Source of the DNA: an uncultured bacterium
Lineage (GTDB): Bacteria > Patescibacteriota > Minisyncoccia > Phycocordibacterales > PALSA-1337
Assembly (NCBI GenBank): GCA_963848635.1
Contig: CAWKEA010000002.1
Location: forward strand, 13,464 to 77,463
Reading direction: 5' to 3'
DNA length: 64,000 nt
Shown here: positions 49,004 through 59,590 of the stretch, one piece after another
Numbering within the stretch: position 1 is the stretch's first letter
Layout of the letters: the number at the start of each line of letters is the position of its first letter
Notes under the pieces: generated by a model
What the model saw: only the letters and a program-made list of their open reading frames with translations
Database searches by the model: none
Told to the model about the DNA's origin: nothing
Program-made: the position numbers and the translations under genes

Positions 49004-49092
49004 AATTGTTGTTTTAATGATTAAAAGCCTGTTAAGGCTTCGTGTACATACTACGTTTTTTTGGTTAAAGAGGGTGCGAACGGCAGAAGGGC

Positions 49093-50379
49093 TTATTCTA
49101 TGAACGTCAGCGCTTTGCCTTTTTTGCCTGCACGGCCGGTGCGACCGATACGATGAACGTAATCCTCATAGGTCGAAGGCAAGTCATAATTGATCACATG
49201 GCTTATATCAGAGACATCTATGCCTCGAGCGGCTACGTCAGTCGCCACGAGAACCTGCAAATGATTGGTTTTGAAGAGATCGAGCGCCCTTTGCCGCTTG
49301 TTCTGATTCTTATTGCCATGAATCGATTCCGCGCTCACGCCGCGCTTGACGAGCTCATCTTTGAGGCGCTCGACGCCGTGCTTTGTGCGCCCGAAGATAA
49401 GGACGCGCGAAAAATCGGCTTGGCCGAGAAGCTCATGGAGGACATCAAGCTTGTTCCGCACGCCGACGCGCACTATGTCCTGATTGATGCTCTTCGCGGT
49501 ATCGCCCGTTTTCACCGATATCGACACTGGCTCGCGAAGGAAATCCTTTATAAGAGCGCTGACTTCCGGCGACATCGTAGCGGAAAAGAAAAGCGTCTGG
49601 CGCATCGCCGGCATCTTTGACATCATGAAACGCATATCATGGATGAATCCCATATCGAGCATGCGGTCTGCTTCATCCAGGACGACAGTCTTGAATTCAG
49701 CCAGATTGATCGCTCTGCGTTCGACGAGGTCTTTGAGCCTACCGGGAGTCCCGATAATGAAATTGTTCATCCGGCGCAGATTGCTCATCTGGCGGACGAT
49801 AGGCGCGCCACCGACGCAACACACGGAAAAAACCGAGAGCATCGACGCAAAATCTTTCAGCTCATCGTCGATCTGTGTGGCCAATTCGCGCGTCGGCACC
49901 ATGATGAGGATCTTTTCCTTGCGATTCTTCAAAACCTTGTCGATGAGAGGTATGAGAAAAGCGGCCGTCTTTCCAGTGCCAGTATTGGCGATACCGACTA
50001 CGTCCTGCCCGACAAGGATATGAGGGACAGCGCGATCTTGGATCGGCGTCGGATTTGTATAGCCTTTTTTCAAGATGTTCCCTTTGAGGCTTTCCTCTAT
50101 CTTGAAATCGAGAAACGAATGCTCGGGTTTGAAATTCGGTATTTCTTCGGTGACAACAGCCTTGTTGATGAATTTCGATATATCCTTGAATTGCTTGGCC
50201 GCGCCTCCCCTGCCGCCAGATCTAAAACCACCGCGTTGGCCGCCTCGATAGCCGCCGGATGAAGATGAAGGCCTTCCATGATATGGCTGTCGCTGTGCCG
50301 GAGAACGTCTGTCTGAATGGATCCCATAGCTGACTCTAGACCTGCTTCCTTGCCCTTGTGTAGATTGTTTGTTGTACAT
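49093..50379 (-). CDS. DEAD-box ATP-dependent RNA helicase with an N-terminal RGG-rich tail
   Basis: Q-motif, AxTGTGKT, PTRELA, DEAD (VLDEAD), SAT, and HRIGRTGRAG. Confidence 0.85.
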   Translation of the reverse strand: MYNKQSTQGQGSRSRVSYGIHSDRRSPAQRQPYHGRPSSSSGGYRGGQRGGFRSGGRGGAAKQFKDISKFINKAVVTEEIPNFKPEHSFLDFKIEESLKGNILKKGYTNPTPIQDRAVPHILVGQDVVGIANTGTGKTAAFLIPLIDKVLKNRKEKILIMVPTRELATQIDDELKDFASMLSVFSVCCVGGAPIVRQMSNLRRMNNFIIGTPGRLKDLVERRAINLAEFKTVVLDEADRMLDMGFIHDMRFMMSKMPAMRQTLFFSATMSPEVSALIKDFLREPVSISVKTGDTAKSINQDIVRVGVRNKLDVLHELLGQADFSRVLIFGRTKHGVERLKDELVKRGVSAESIHGNKNQNKRQRALDLFKTNHLQVLVATDVAARGIDVSDISHVINYDLPSTYEDYVHRIGRTGRAGKKGKALTFIE

Positions 50380-50458
50380 AGTGCTTGATAATACATTATC
50401 AAGATAAAATTGTCAAATTACATCGTGTCTCGCATATGATTCATCCGGCTCCCTCCCT

Positions 50459-51544
50459 TTATTCTTCGACATCAGGCCTCTCCAAAGCGATCATATCAGC
50501 GCCGATGCCGGGAGCTGTGCCGGCGATGCGCAGGACGTCCTTGTCTATCTTTTTGAATTCCTTGCCCGAGTTGTTGTAATGATTGACGACGGTCGAAAGC
50601 GACGTGCCGAGCTTGGCATGATATTCCTCATATTTTTTCAGATGGACGCCGAGCTGACCGACATGCTTGACGATATCCTTGGCAGTCTCTTCTATCTGCA
50701 TGGCCTTGAGCCCTTGCAAGACAGTCTGCAAGTAAGCCAAGAAAGACGTCGGCGAGACGATGATAACCTTGTACTTGCTTGCCGCTCTCTGGATCAGATT
50801 GTCCCCCTCTTCAACCGCTCCGCCTATCTTGTTCACCAAAAGATCATAATAGATAGCTTCGTGCGGTATGAACATGAAAGCAAAATCCATGGTCTTTTCA
50901 TCAGGACGCACGTATTTCGATGTCTCTTGGATGCGCAGTTTAAGGTCGTTCACAAAAGATCTTTCGAGCCGTTCTTTCTCTGCTGGGTTCTTTTCTTCGA
51001 CCATCCTGTTGTAATTTTCAAGCGAGAACTTCGAGTCGATCGGTATTATCTTGTCCTTGACAAAGACAACCGCGTCGACGATGACCTTTCCGCCTTTCTC
51101 ATCCGGTGCTCGGAATTCATATTGCATCTGGTATTGGCCGGGCGGTAAAACATTTTTCAGCAACGTTTCAAGATAATATTCGCCGAGGATGCCGCGCTGT
51201 TTCGGGTTCTTCAAGATGTCCTCCAGCTCGCGGAGCTGGTCTTGCACGGACAGAGATTGCTTGCCGATCTCTTTGACCTGGACAAGCTCGCTCGTGATGT
51301 CGCGGATCAATTTCTGCGATTCGCTGAACTGGCGATGCAAAGCGCTGTTGACTTCTTTCGCATTCTCGCCGAGCTTCATGTCGAGGGTATGCCGCAGATC
51401 GTTGACCTGATTGAGGATGAGCTTGAGGCCTTCGCCGCCGGTTTCTTCGACGGGCTTGTCTTCCTTGCGCCTAAAAAACGCGATCGCCAATACGATATTG
51501 GCCGCAACAGCGATGATGACGAGAATGCCGAGGATTATCTCCAT
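50459..51544 (-). CDS. rmuC: DNA recombination protein RmuC
   Basis: N-terminal TM helix and coiled coil, then the RmuC domain (FMFIPHEAIYYDLL ... VSPTSFLAYLQTV). Confidence 0.8.
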   Translation of the reverse strand: MEIILGILVIIAVAANIVLAIAFFRRKEDKPVEETGGEGLKLILNQVNDLRHTLDMKLGENAKEVNSALHRQFSESQKLIRDITSELVQVKEIGKQSLSVQDQLRELEDILKNPKQRGILGEYYLETLLKNVLPPGQYQMQYEFRAPDEKGGKVIVDAVVFVKDKIIPIDSKFSLENYNRMVEEKNPAEKERLERSFVNDLKLRIQETSKYVRPDEKTMDFAFMFIPHEAIYYDLLVNKIGGAVEEGDNLIQRAASKYKVIIVSPTSFLAYLQTVLQGLKAMQIEETAKDIVKHVGQLGVHLKKYEEYHAKLGTSLSTVVNHYNNSGKEFKKIDKDVLRIAGTAPGIGADMIALERPDVEE

Positions 51545-51621
51545 TGCCTCAAGTATACCTCATTATATTTTTCCATACACCCCAAAATGTCATTTCGTGT
51601 TATCATCTCTGCATTAGGATT

Positions 51622-52695
51622 ATGCGAATCAAAACGATCGGCATACTGTACCTCGCGGCTGTATTGATGTCTTTCGCAATGCCTTCTCTCGCTTCCGCGC
51701 ACGAAGTCTATGTTCTGACCCCTGCACAGGTAACCCAAGCCATCGGCACGCCTTCATTCGATATGGTGGCCACGGCAGAGCAGAATATCGGACAATTCGT
51801 GTTTTGGGCGTTCATCGGCATCCTTCTCGTGTTTGGAATCTTTTGGATATCGATTCTGCGATTTCTCGAGCAATGGCTCGATCCTACATTGTCTCAGCTC
51901 CGAAAATACACGCCGTTCATCGCTCGATTCACCATCGGCATCTCGTTTTTGGCCGGCGCATATTACCAGGCGACATATGGTCCGGAACTTCCTATCTCAA
52001 ATTTTGGAGCATGGGCTGGCTTTGTCACGGCAGTTCTCGTCATCGTCGGCACGCTCACTGTGATAGGCCTCTACACGCGCATCGCCGCTTTCGTCGCGCT
52101 TGCTCTGTATTGCGTGGCTGTATATTTCCACGGTTGGTATATGTTGACGTATGTAAATTATCTCGGCGAGATTATCGTTCTCCTCGTCCTCGGCGCGCAT
52201 AGCTTTAGCTTGGATAATTATTTTGCAAGAAGAAAAAATGCCGTCAAAAAAACGTCCTCTGCTTTTATCATCTGGATACACAAAATCCAGGAATATCTGG
52301 CGCCGCGGAGCTTTATGATATTGCGGATCCTTTTCGGGATCGCTTTGATATTCGCGTCTGCATATGCGAAGATCGTCCACAATAATCTGGCGCTCTTCAC
52401 CGTGGAAAAATATCATCTCGACCATATTCTCGGATTCGAGCCGCATTTTCTTGTCCTCGGCGCGGCCATCGTCGAGCTTCTCATCGGAACGTTCTTCATC
52501 CTCGGCATCGAATTGCGTTTCACCTCGCTCTTCTTCCTCTTTTGGCTGACCCTTTCCCTCATTTTTTTCGGCGAAGTCGTCTGGCCGCATCTCATGCTGA
52601 TCGGCATCCCGATCGCCTATATCTGCTATGGCTATGATCAATACTCGCTCGAAGGTTGGTTGTTCAGGAAAAAGAAATACGAGCCGGTGCTGTGA
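51622..52695 (+). CDS. Polytopic membrane protein (DoxX-like core), signal peptide
   Basis: Start MRIKTIG at 51622. Multiple TM segments; a DoxX-like segment GLYTRIAAFVALALYCVAVYFHGW. Confidence 0.5.
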   Translation: MRIKTIGILYLAAVLMSFAMPSLASAHEVYVLTPAQVTQAIGTPSFDMVATAEQNIGQFVFWAFIGILLVFGIFWISILRFLEQWLDPTLSQLRKYTPFIARFTIGISFLAGAYYQATYGPELPISNFGAWAGFVTAVLVIVGTLTVIGLYTRIAAFVALALYCVAVYFHGWYMLTYVNYLGEIIVLLVLGAHSFSLDNYFARRKNAVKKTSSAFIIWIHKIQEYLAPRSFMILRILFGIALIFASAYAKIVHNNLALFTVEKYHLDHILGFEPHFLVLGAAIVELLIGTFFILGIELRFTSLFFLFWLTLSLIFFGEVVWPHLMLIGIPIAYICYGYDQYSLEGWLFRKKKYEPVL

Positions 52696-52700
52696 TTTTT

Positions 52701-53264
52701 TTACTTAACATAAACAGCAAAGGGTGCTTTGAGCCTTGCCCATCCGACTATAGTTCTTTGATGTGATTTCATGCCGATAGAAGGATTTTTTTGACAACAT
52801 GCAGTTGAAGCGCCTAGCCGAAATCTCATCGGAGCGCCATTGGTCTCTGAATAATTCCAAAGATCTATTTGAAGCAGATCGGTAAGTGTCTCTAACCTGT
52901 CAAAGACGAGGACTGTTGCAGCTTTATCAATTTTTCCCGTAACTTTTAATCCTTCATCGAGCTTTCTCCATTCGATGCCATCCGCAGACACACAGCTCGC
53001 CTGAGAATCATGCAATGTCCTTCGAGCTCCGTTTTTTGTCGATGCATTTATAAAAAGACAATATACGTCCTCACCTTCTGTGTGGGCCTGCTTACAAAAA
53101 TCTTGAACCTGAGAGACCTTTGCTTTTGGGGAATGAGCCAGCCAATATGTTTTTCCATGCTGTCCGATCTCATTTTTCTTCCAAGAAAAGATATCCGATA
53201 TCTCCTTACCGGCATGCATGCCGACGATCGTCATGACGACATATTTTTTGTCTAGAGGATCCAT
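52701..53264 (-). CDS. Hypothetical protein (187 aa)
   Basis: ORF only. Confidence 0.4.
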   Translation of the reverse strand: MDPLDKKYVVMTIVGMHAGKEISDIFSWKKNEIGQHGKTYWLAHSPKAKVSQVQDFCKQAHTEGEDVYCLFINASTKNGARRTLHDSQASCVSADGIEWRKLDEGLKVTGKIDKAATVLVFDRLETLTDLLQIDLWNYSETNGAPMRFRLGASTACCQKNPSIGMKSHQRTIVGWARLKAPFAVYVK

Positions 53265-53278
53265 AAATTGAGATATTC

Positions 53279-53899
53279 CTAAAACGGACCAACCACGAGC
53301 GTCTGCGTCTCCTGTATATTCCGCCCATTCGCCGAAAAGACGCTGTGATCGTTCGCGTTCAAAGAGACAGTGATCGTATGTCTGCCAGGCGGTAAGATAC
53401 TGCTGTTAATGTGATACCAAGGACCGAGAAGAACCGTCAGAGCGCCGTCGATATAGAGATGCGCGTGGCCCTCATCTGCGATGGGCGCTTGATTTATATA
53501 CTGCGGCGTCCACGTAAAGTCTGTCGTCACGACGTGCAGATCCCAGCCATCGAGAGCATCTTTGGTTATAGTGAAGCTGACAGTCGGTATCGGGGCGGTC
53601 GTGCTCGCAAGTATGCCCGACGGCACGACGGAGGTCGTTGCGGTATTCATATTCATCCCATTCTCCATATTCATATCCATCATCGCGGTATCAGTCGCCA
53701 CAGCCTGCAGAGGGCCGACATAAAAAGCCTTCATGACCATTCCCGGCGGCATGTCGGTTTGCTCCGCTGTGGAAACCTTGTTTACGAGATATGGCGCGAT
53801 CAAAATCGCCATAAGCACGATCACAAGCAGTGCGAGCGCCTTGATCAAGGTATCCTTATCCATGCCTATATTCATTTTCATACGTTTCAATGATATCAT
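53279..53899 (-). CDS. Secreted Met/Asn-rich hypothetical protein
   Basis: Signal-anchor, an M/N-rich linker (MNMENGMNMN), and a beta-rich domain with HAHLYIDG. Confidence 0.45.
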   Translation of the reverse strand: MISLKRMKMNIGMDKDTLIKALALLVIVLMAILIAPYLVNKVSTAEQTDMPPGMVMKAFYVGPLQAVATDTAMMDMNMENGMNMNTATTSVVPSGILASTTAPIPTVSFTITKDALDGWDLHVVTTDFTWTPQYINQAPIADEGHAHLYIDGALTVLLGPWYHINSSILPPGRHTITVSLNANDHSVFSANGRNIQETQTLVVGPF

Positions 53900-53906
53900 T
53901 TACGGC

Positions 53907-54080
53907 ATGTCGCGCAAAACACTTGTTTGGATAGGCCTCGGCGTCGGCTCTACGGTCGGCTCGTTCATTCCCGGCTTGTGGGGTGGAAACGTGCTCATCT
54001 CGATCTCGTCGATATTCTTTTCTGGAGTCGGCGGCATCGTCGGCATCTGGGCCGGTTGGAAAGTGGCGAATTACTTTTGA
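53907..54080 (+). CDS. Small Gly-zipper membrane protein (57 aa)
   Basis: MSRKTLVWIGLGVGSTVGSFIPGLWGG...GGIVGIWAGW. Confidence 0.4.
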   Translation: MSRKTLVWIGLGVGSTVGSFIPGLWGGNVLISISSIFFSGVGGIVGIWAGWKVANYF

Positions 54081-54484
54081 TCTTCTTTGTTTTCTCCTGC
54101 GGCAAGGTCGAGGCAGATCGAATTGAGGCAGTAGTGTTTGCCAGTCGCTTCGTTTTCATCTTCAAAAACATGCCCGAGATGCGAGCCGCAATTGGCACAG
54201 ACGACTTCGGTGCGATGCATGCCATGGCTATCGTCAGGAATCTCTTGTATCGCGCCGGGAATCGCCTGATCAAAGGAGGGCCATCCCGCCAACGAAGCCG
54301 GGCCTTTTTTTGGATCAAGCTTTGCTGTCGAAGGAAACAGCGCCGCGCCGCAGACCTTGCACATATATGTGCCTGCCTGTCTTTCATTCAAAAACTTTCC
54401 GCTCAACGGCGCTTCAGTCCCCTTTTCGCGTAGGACGCGATATTCTTCTGGCGTCAGTTTCTTTTTAAGGTCTTCTTCGTTCAT
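54071..54484 (-). CDS. msrB: Peptide methionine-(R)-S-oxide reductase MsrB
   Basis: Zinc cysteines CKVCGAAL / CANCGSHLGHVF and the catalytic RTEV. Confidence 0.85.
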   Translation of the reverse strand: MNEEDLKKKLTPEEYRVLREKGTEAPLSGKFLNERQAGTYMCKVCGAALFPSTAKLDPKKGPASLAGWPSFDQAIPGAIQEIPDDSHGMHRTEVVCANCGSHLGHVFEDENEATGKHYCLNSICLDLAAGENKEDQK

Positions 54485-55047
54485 GATAAAATATTGATTA
54501 TATTAGGATATACGCGACGATAAGGAAATCAAGTGCATGAAAATATCAAATAACTATCGTTATAGAAAAAGCAGCCTTGAAAAGTAGCCAAAAAAATTGC
54601 TTAACGGATGAAATTTAGTTCGAGGAATGAAGTTAGTCTAAAGAAGCGATTTGATTTAAAGAAACGAATTAGTTCAATAAAGCAGATGAGCGCGATCATT
54701 CATTCGCACGGTTGGGGGGGTAGCGATATACATCTTCAAAAAGAGCATATTATAAATCGTATAATCCTACGACTTGTTTAAAATTTCAACGAGATTGAGC
54801 CATGAATTTGGTACCAAACACGAAGTTACCGTAAAATCCGTATAATCCTACGCCTCAAAATTACCACTTTTTAAGAAGAATAGACTTCCCCTCGCCGTGA
54901 GTTCACTAGTATGTCCATCACATTTCCGCTCGACCATTATCTGAATCAAACTCCAATTATCAAAATTCCACTCCAAGTTCATAGGCATAGCACGCATCAC
55001 CATTTTCCACTTCGCTTTTCGAGATGCGAACAATAAATTAAAATATC

Positions 55048-55371
55048 ATGCAAAAAATTACTTCATATTTAAAGTTAAGCACTAGCAGTTTTTTAGAGTT
55101 TTTTGTGCTCAAAATGATCTCAAGAAGATCGCATTCAATCCAGGAGATCTATGACGAGTTAAGGTCGATCGGCTTTCGAACTCCAAAGGGCAGCTTGTAT
55201 CCACTTTTGAGTTCCTTCCGCAAAAGAGGGCTCGTCGAGAGCGGCTTTGAAGAATTCGATGATGGTACAGTACAAAAGTCATATTGCCTCACAGACAGCG
55301 GCCGCCAGTATCTTCTCGAACTGAAGCGCGATTGGAAACATTTGAATTCACGGTTATCAGTCTCTAACTAA
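55048..55371 (+). CDS. PadR-family transcriptional regulator
   Basis: A winged-helix with PKGSLYPLLSSFRKRGLVES. Confidence 0.6.
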   Translation: MQKITSYLKLSTSSFLEFFVLKMISRRSHSIQEIYDELRSIGFRTPKGSLYPLLSSFRKRGLVESGFEEFDDGTVQKSYCLTDSGRQYLLELKRDWKHLNSRLSVSN

Positions 55372-55393
55372 CCCCGCCAAACAAAGCTGCTAT

Positions 55394-55936
55394 TTACTTC
55401 AAAAGCTCCGCGAACCTCTTTTGCATCTTTTCAACTTTTGGCGCAATGACGAGCTGGCAGTAGGGCGCGCTCGAGTTGTTCTTGTAATAGTCATGGTGAT
55501 AGTCCTCTGCCTCGTAGAATTTTGATAGAGGCCGGACCTCAGTCACAACTGGCTTTTCATAAGCTTTTGCGTCATTCAATTCCTTGACCAAAGCTTCGGC
55601 CTTTTGTTTTTGCTCATCGTCCGCATAAAAGATGGCCGAGCGATATTGCGTGCCGACGTCATTGCCTTGCCTATTCAACGTGGTCGGATCGTGCGTATTG
55701 AAAAAGACCGCGAGCAAGTCGTCATAGGAGACAATTGATGGATCATAGGTGATTTCAATGGCTTCTGCGTGGCCAGTGTTGCCATTGCTTACTTGCTCAT
55801 AAGTTGGATCTGAAGTGACACCGCCGGCGTATCCCGGCACTACTTTTTGAACCCCTTTTACCATAGAGAATACGGCTTCTGTGCACCAGAAACAGCCGTT
55901 CGCAAAGACCGCTGTTTTGAGATTTTCTTCAATCAC
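55394..55936 (-). CDS. msrA: Peptide methionine-(S)-S-oxide reductase MsrA
   Basis: Active site AVFANGCFWCTEAVF, then GYAGG and GHAEAIEITYDP. Confidence 0.85.
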   Translation of the reverse strand: MIEENLKTAVFANGCFWCTEAVFSMVKGVQKVVPGYAGGVTSDPTYEQVSNGNTGHAEAIEITYDPSIVSYDDLLAVFFNTHDPTTLNRQGNDVGTQYRSAIFYADDEQKQKAEALVKELNDAKAYEKPVVTEVRPLSKFYEAEDYHHDYYKNNSSAPYCQLVIAPKVEKMQKRFAELLK

Positions 55937-56360
55937 GCTATTATTATATCAGAGATATGATCCTACTATGAAAATAAAACTGAACTTTTTAGTGCGGTTC
56001 TTGGCAAAAGTCCGTTTCAAACATAAGGTACGAGCCTATGTCAGCAGAAACGGCTGCCATCCCGGACACCGCGCGCGACAGCTCTTGCGCGCCTTTTCAA
56101 ACAGGAAGTTTTTTGCCAGATAAGATATTCCACAAAATCAAAGCTCGCCTTTCCCAGGCGAGCTCTTTTTTTAGCCTTTATGCCAGATTATCAAAAAACT
56201 ATTTATGCTTCTTTGTCTGCGCGGCTTTGCGGGCGTATTTCACTGCGAGGCGCTTCTTGGTCTTCTTTGACCTTGAACTATGTAGTTGCGATGATGCTCG
56301 TTTTGGCATGTGGTTGTGATTACTTGTAAGTGGGTATAGTGTACATTAAATAATACGAGT

Positions 56361-56570
56361 CTACAAATAATTAGGCTTTGGCGTGTTCACTAGATAGAGT
56401 TCGAGAGCTTCGACAAGGTTTTTCACCGCTTCTCGGCGCGTTTTACCAAAGCTCGATACATCAATGTTGAGAGCTTGCGAAACATAATATTTCCCCTCCT
56501 TCCAAACGAGATTTTTAAAAGATATCTTCTTCATGCTTCTATTGTACCATACAAAAGAAAAACCCGCCAA
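56361..56570 (-). CDS. HicB-like (UPF0150) antitoxin-family small protein with no adjacent HicA
   Basis: KYYVSQALNIDVSSFGKTRREAVKNLVEALELYL matches the HicB N-domain pattern. Confidence 0.45.
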   Translation of the reverse strand: MAGFSFVWYNRSMKKISFKNLVWKEGKYYVSQALNIDVSSFGKTRREAVKNLVEALELYLVNTPKPNYL

Positions 56571-56611
56571 ACTGCCGTCTCATTATAAAAGCATCGGCTT
56601 CCCTTCAGTAA

Positions 56612-58393
56612 TCACCCAAACGTAAACGTATACGCCTGTGCTCCAGACTGGTGGAATATAATGTCGATGCGATGCTGACCCATGACAGGGTTTGAATACA
56701 GGCCATAGAGCCGCGAGCCGGTGATGGTGAGGATGCCGTTCTTGACATCGCTTCCCTCGAGCGAAGCTGGTATTGGCTTGCCGTCGATCAAGACTGTCGC
56801 TGTGACTGGCTGGCCATCCGCCGTAGCCGCCACGATGTACATTTTGCTCGCGTCAAAGACATATGAAATTGAAGTAGTTGCCGACGCTGCTTGAGCATAT
56901 TCCTGCTCTATATCCCACGTGCCGCCAAGATAGAACGAATTTGGAGAAAGCTGAGCAGACGCGAGCGGCGTGGTGAACGTCTCTGTGCCAGCGCTCCCTT
57001 GCGCACCATTGCCGAAATATTCATTCCTCATCGCTCCGAAATACGTCTCTGGGCTGGCGACGTTGATAGGAACTGTGCTCGACAGTGATGTCGTTGCCTC
57101 CGTGACAGGCAGTTCGCCTAGCTTTTGGTGCAAGATGTCGAGCTGTTTGACGATCTCCGCCTCTGTATCAGAATACCCGCCTTCGCCGATGTGGTCATAG
57201 ACGATATTTCCGCTCGCGTCGATGATGTACTTGTGCGGCCAGTACTCGTTCTGGTACGCGCTCCATGTTTGATAGTTGTTGTCGAGGACGATAGGAAAAG
57301 TGAGACCGAATTGCTTTGCCGCGGCAGTGACGTTGTTAATGTCTTTTTCAAAAGCGAATTCGGGCGTATGGATAGCGATGACTTCGAGGCCTTGATTCTG
57401 ATAGTTCTGCCACCAGTCCTCCAAATACGGGAACGTACGCTCGCAATTGATACAAGAATAGTCGATGAAATCGATGAGAACGACTTTTTTGCCTATGAAT
57501 TGGCCGATCGTTATAGGCGCGCCGCCGGGCGTATTCACATAGCCTGACAGACCGGATAATTCGATATATTTGCCCTCGTTTCGCTCGTCAGGGATCGGTG
57601 CGCCATTGCCGCCGCCAAAGATATTCTGCGGGCCTACCCTGCCTTGCAGAGTCTCCGTTATGGCCTGTTCCACCTGTGTCACGTCAAAAAAGCCGCTGTT
57701 CAAAATGTCCGCTTCGGCTTTCTTGTCCCAACCAAATAGTATCGCTACGGCAATAAGCATAAAAAGGATACCGAGCGTCTTGCGGAACCAACCATACGGA
57801 TTGGCGGCCCATCCGAGCTTGTCCACGAGCTTTTGGCCGATCCATGCAATGAAAAGGAGCGCGAGCGCGAGGCCGATGATGTACGCCGCGAGGTCGATCA
57901 AACCTTGCGCCAGCGATTGAGGCAAGACTGTCGCCAGAATGACGAAGAACGTCGGCGAACATGTCGTGAATACCGGTCCGAGAGCGGCGCCGACAGCGAT
58001 GTCTGCCCACCAATGTCCCCGCGACTGATAGCCTTTTGAGAGCCATTTGTCTGGATTGGCGTGCCCAGGCATCTTGAGCATCATTTTCGTCCATATATCT
58101 GGAAAGACGAGGGTCAAGCCGAAAAAGACCAGGATCGCCGCCGACGCATAGCTCCAAAAAGACGGCGACGTCGTGATGAGCGCCGTAGAACCCTTGAGGA
58201 TGAGGGTAAAGATGAAAACAGAGACGCAGAGAGCGCCGATAATGATGAACGGACGCCTCTTGTTCCCTGCTTCTGCCACGGAGGAACCGAGCACTACCGG
58301 CAAAAGCGGCAGGATGCATGGGGCCAATATGGTCAGAACCCCGGCAATGAAGGAAATGATGAAAAATGTCATATCGCTATAGATTTTGTGCAA
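56612..58393 (-). CDS. CcdA/DsbD-type transmembrane thiol-disulfide transporter fused to a periplasmic thioredoxin-like (TlpA/ResA, CxxC) domain and a C-terminal beta domain
   Basis: An N-terminal 6-TM core with paired Cys (APCILPLL ... TTCSPTFF), then KKVVLIDFIDYSCINCERTFP (a redoxin CxxC). 593 aa. Confidence 0.75.
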   Translation of the reverse strand: MHKIYSDMTFFIISFIAGVLTILAPCILPLLPVVLGSSVAEAGNKRRPFIIIGALCVSVFIFTLILKGSTALITTSPSFWSYASAAILVFFGLTLVFPDIWTKMMLKMPGHANPDKWLSKGYQSRGHWWADIAVGAALGPVFTTCSPTFFVILATVLPQSLAQGLIDLAAYIIGLALALLFIAWIGQKLVDKLGWAANPYGWFRKTLGILFMLIAVAILFGWDKKAEADILNSGFFDVTQVEQAITETLQGRVGPQNIFGGGNGAPIPDERNEGKYIELSGLSGYVNTPGGAPITIGQFIGKKVVLIDFIDYSCINCERTFPYLEDWWQNYQNQGLEVIAIHTPEFAFEKDINNVTAAAKQFGLTFPIVLDNNYQTWSAYQNEYWPHKYIIDASGNIVYDHIGEGGYSDTEAEIVKQLDILHQKLGELPVTEATTSLSSTVPINVASPETYFGAMRNEYFGNGAQGSAGTETFTTPLASAQLSPNSFYLGGTWDIEQEYAQAASATTSISYVFDASKMYIVAATADGQPVTATVLIDGKPIPASLEGSDVKNGILTITGSRLYGLYSNPVMGQHRIDIIFHQSGAQAYTFTFG

Positions 58394-58461
58394 AAAGCTC
58401 TATTTGTCTCGAGCATCTATATATACGCACAACATGACGTTTATGTTTCATCAGCTTGTTT

Positions 58462-59481
58462 TTACTGGCTGGAGATAAGCCCGAGGACTTTACCGACGAG
58501 TATGCTCGAATCGATCTGTCGATCATCTTGGTTGGAATGAAGGACAACGATAGCGATCGGATTATCGACACCGCTGATGGGAAGATTGAACATAGAAAGC
58601 ATAGTCTCACCTGCTTGATCGCTCCGGCCCGTCTTGCCGCCGATGTAATGCGGATCATAGGCGAATGGATCGATGTTAACGAAATCATGGCCATCATGGA
58701 GAGTCGTTGTGGCCACATCGAATTGCGGCATCTTGGTTATTGCAAGGATGCCCGGATCATCGCTATAGAGATATCGCGCCAGTTTGAAGAGGTCGTTCGC
58801 CGACGAGACGTTGTTCGGCGAGAGACCAGATGGATCTTTGAACGAAGTCTGCGACATGCCGAGCGATCGGGCAGTCGAATTCATGAGCGATATAAAGGCC
58901 GTATAGCCGAAATTATTCGCAAAAGCCAGCGCGGCGTCATTGGAAGAGATGAGAAGCATCCCAGTGAGCAGATCATGCGCGGAAAAAGTCTCGCCAGGAT
59001 GGATGTCGTCCGTCTGCTCATATCCAGTGACAGATGAAGATGATATCCCTATCTGCCTATCCGGATCCATATTCTCGTCGATGACGAGAGCAGTGACAAG
59101 CTTCGATATTGAAGCTATCGGGCGGACGACAGCTGGGCTTTTTTCAAGATAGATCCGGCCTGTGGCTAGATTGCCGACTAGATACGAATCTGCGGTTATT
59201 ATATCGGGCTGAACGGGGTTTTGCGCCTTCCGGCTTGACAAGGATTGCGAATCGGGCACAGATGACGAATGTCGCGCGGCGGAAGGATGATCCGATGGCG
59301 CGCTTGAGTTGAAGAAAGAAGAATCTATAGCGTGTCGATCGGTGGAAGCCGTCGTCGACGCTAGGCTCCCGGCCGTGACAGCTCTGCTTTTCATCTGTGC
59401 CGTGTCGATGAAACCGATCACGAGCACTAATACCGAGACACTGATGATCGTTTTGAGATGTATGTCATTTTGCATGGACAC
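58462..59481 (-). CDS. D-alanyl-D-alanine carboxypeptidase (serine-type, S11, PBP5-like)
   Basis: SxxK (ASISKL), SxN (SSN) and KTG (GGKTG) motifs, with a signal peptide. Confidence 0.8.
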   Translation of the reverse strand: MSMQNDIHLKTIISVSVLVLVIGFIDTAQMKSRAVTAGSLASTTASTDRHAIDSSFFNSSAPSDHPSAARHSSSVPDSQSLSSRKAQNPVQPDIITADSYLVGNLATGRIYLEKSPAVVRPIASISKLVTALVIDENMDPDRQIGISSSSVTGYEQTDDIHPGETFSAHDLLTGMLLISSNDAALAFANNFGYTAFISLMNSTARSLGMSQTSFKDPSGLSPNNVSSANDLFKLARYLYSDDPGILAITKMPQFDVATTTLHDGHDFVNIDPFAYDPHYIGGKTGRSDQAGETMLSMFNLPISGVDNPIAIVVLHSNQDDRQIDSSILVGKVLGLISSQ

Positions 59482-59590
59482 CTAGTATACCAGAATGCCG
59501 TTGATAAAAATGCGGCCAAAAGAGATACAGAAGCAGTCGCGATCATCTTGATATATCAAAAATTCTGCTATAATCAGGCACAAATAAACC

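Noticed and set aside
57684-58540. ORFs of 211 aa and 159 aa opposite or overlapping the CcdA-thioredoxin gene
   Set aside because: They are Arg-rich antisense frames of a GC-rich membrane-protein gene with no domain evidence.
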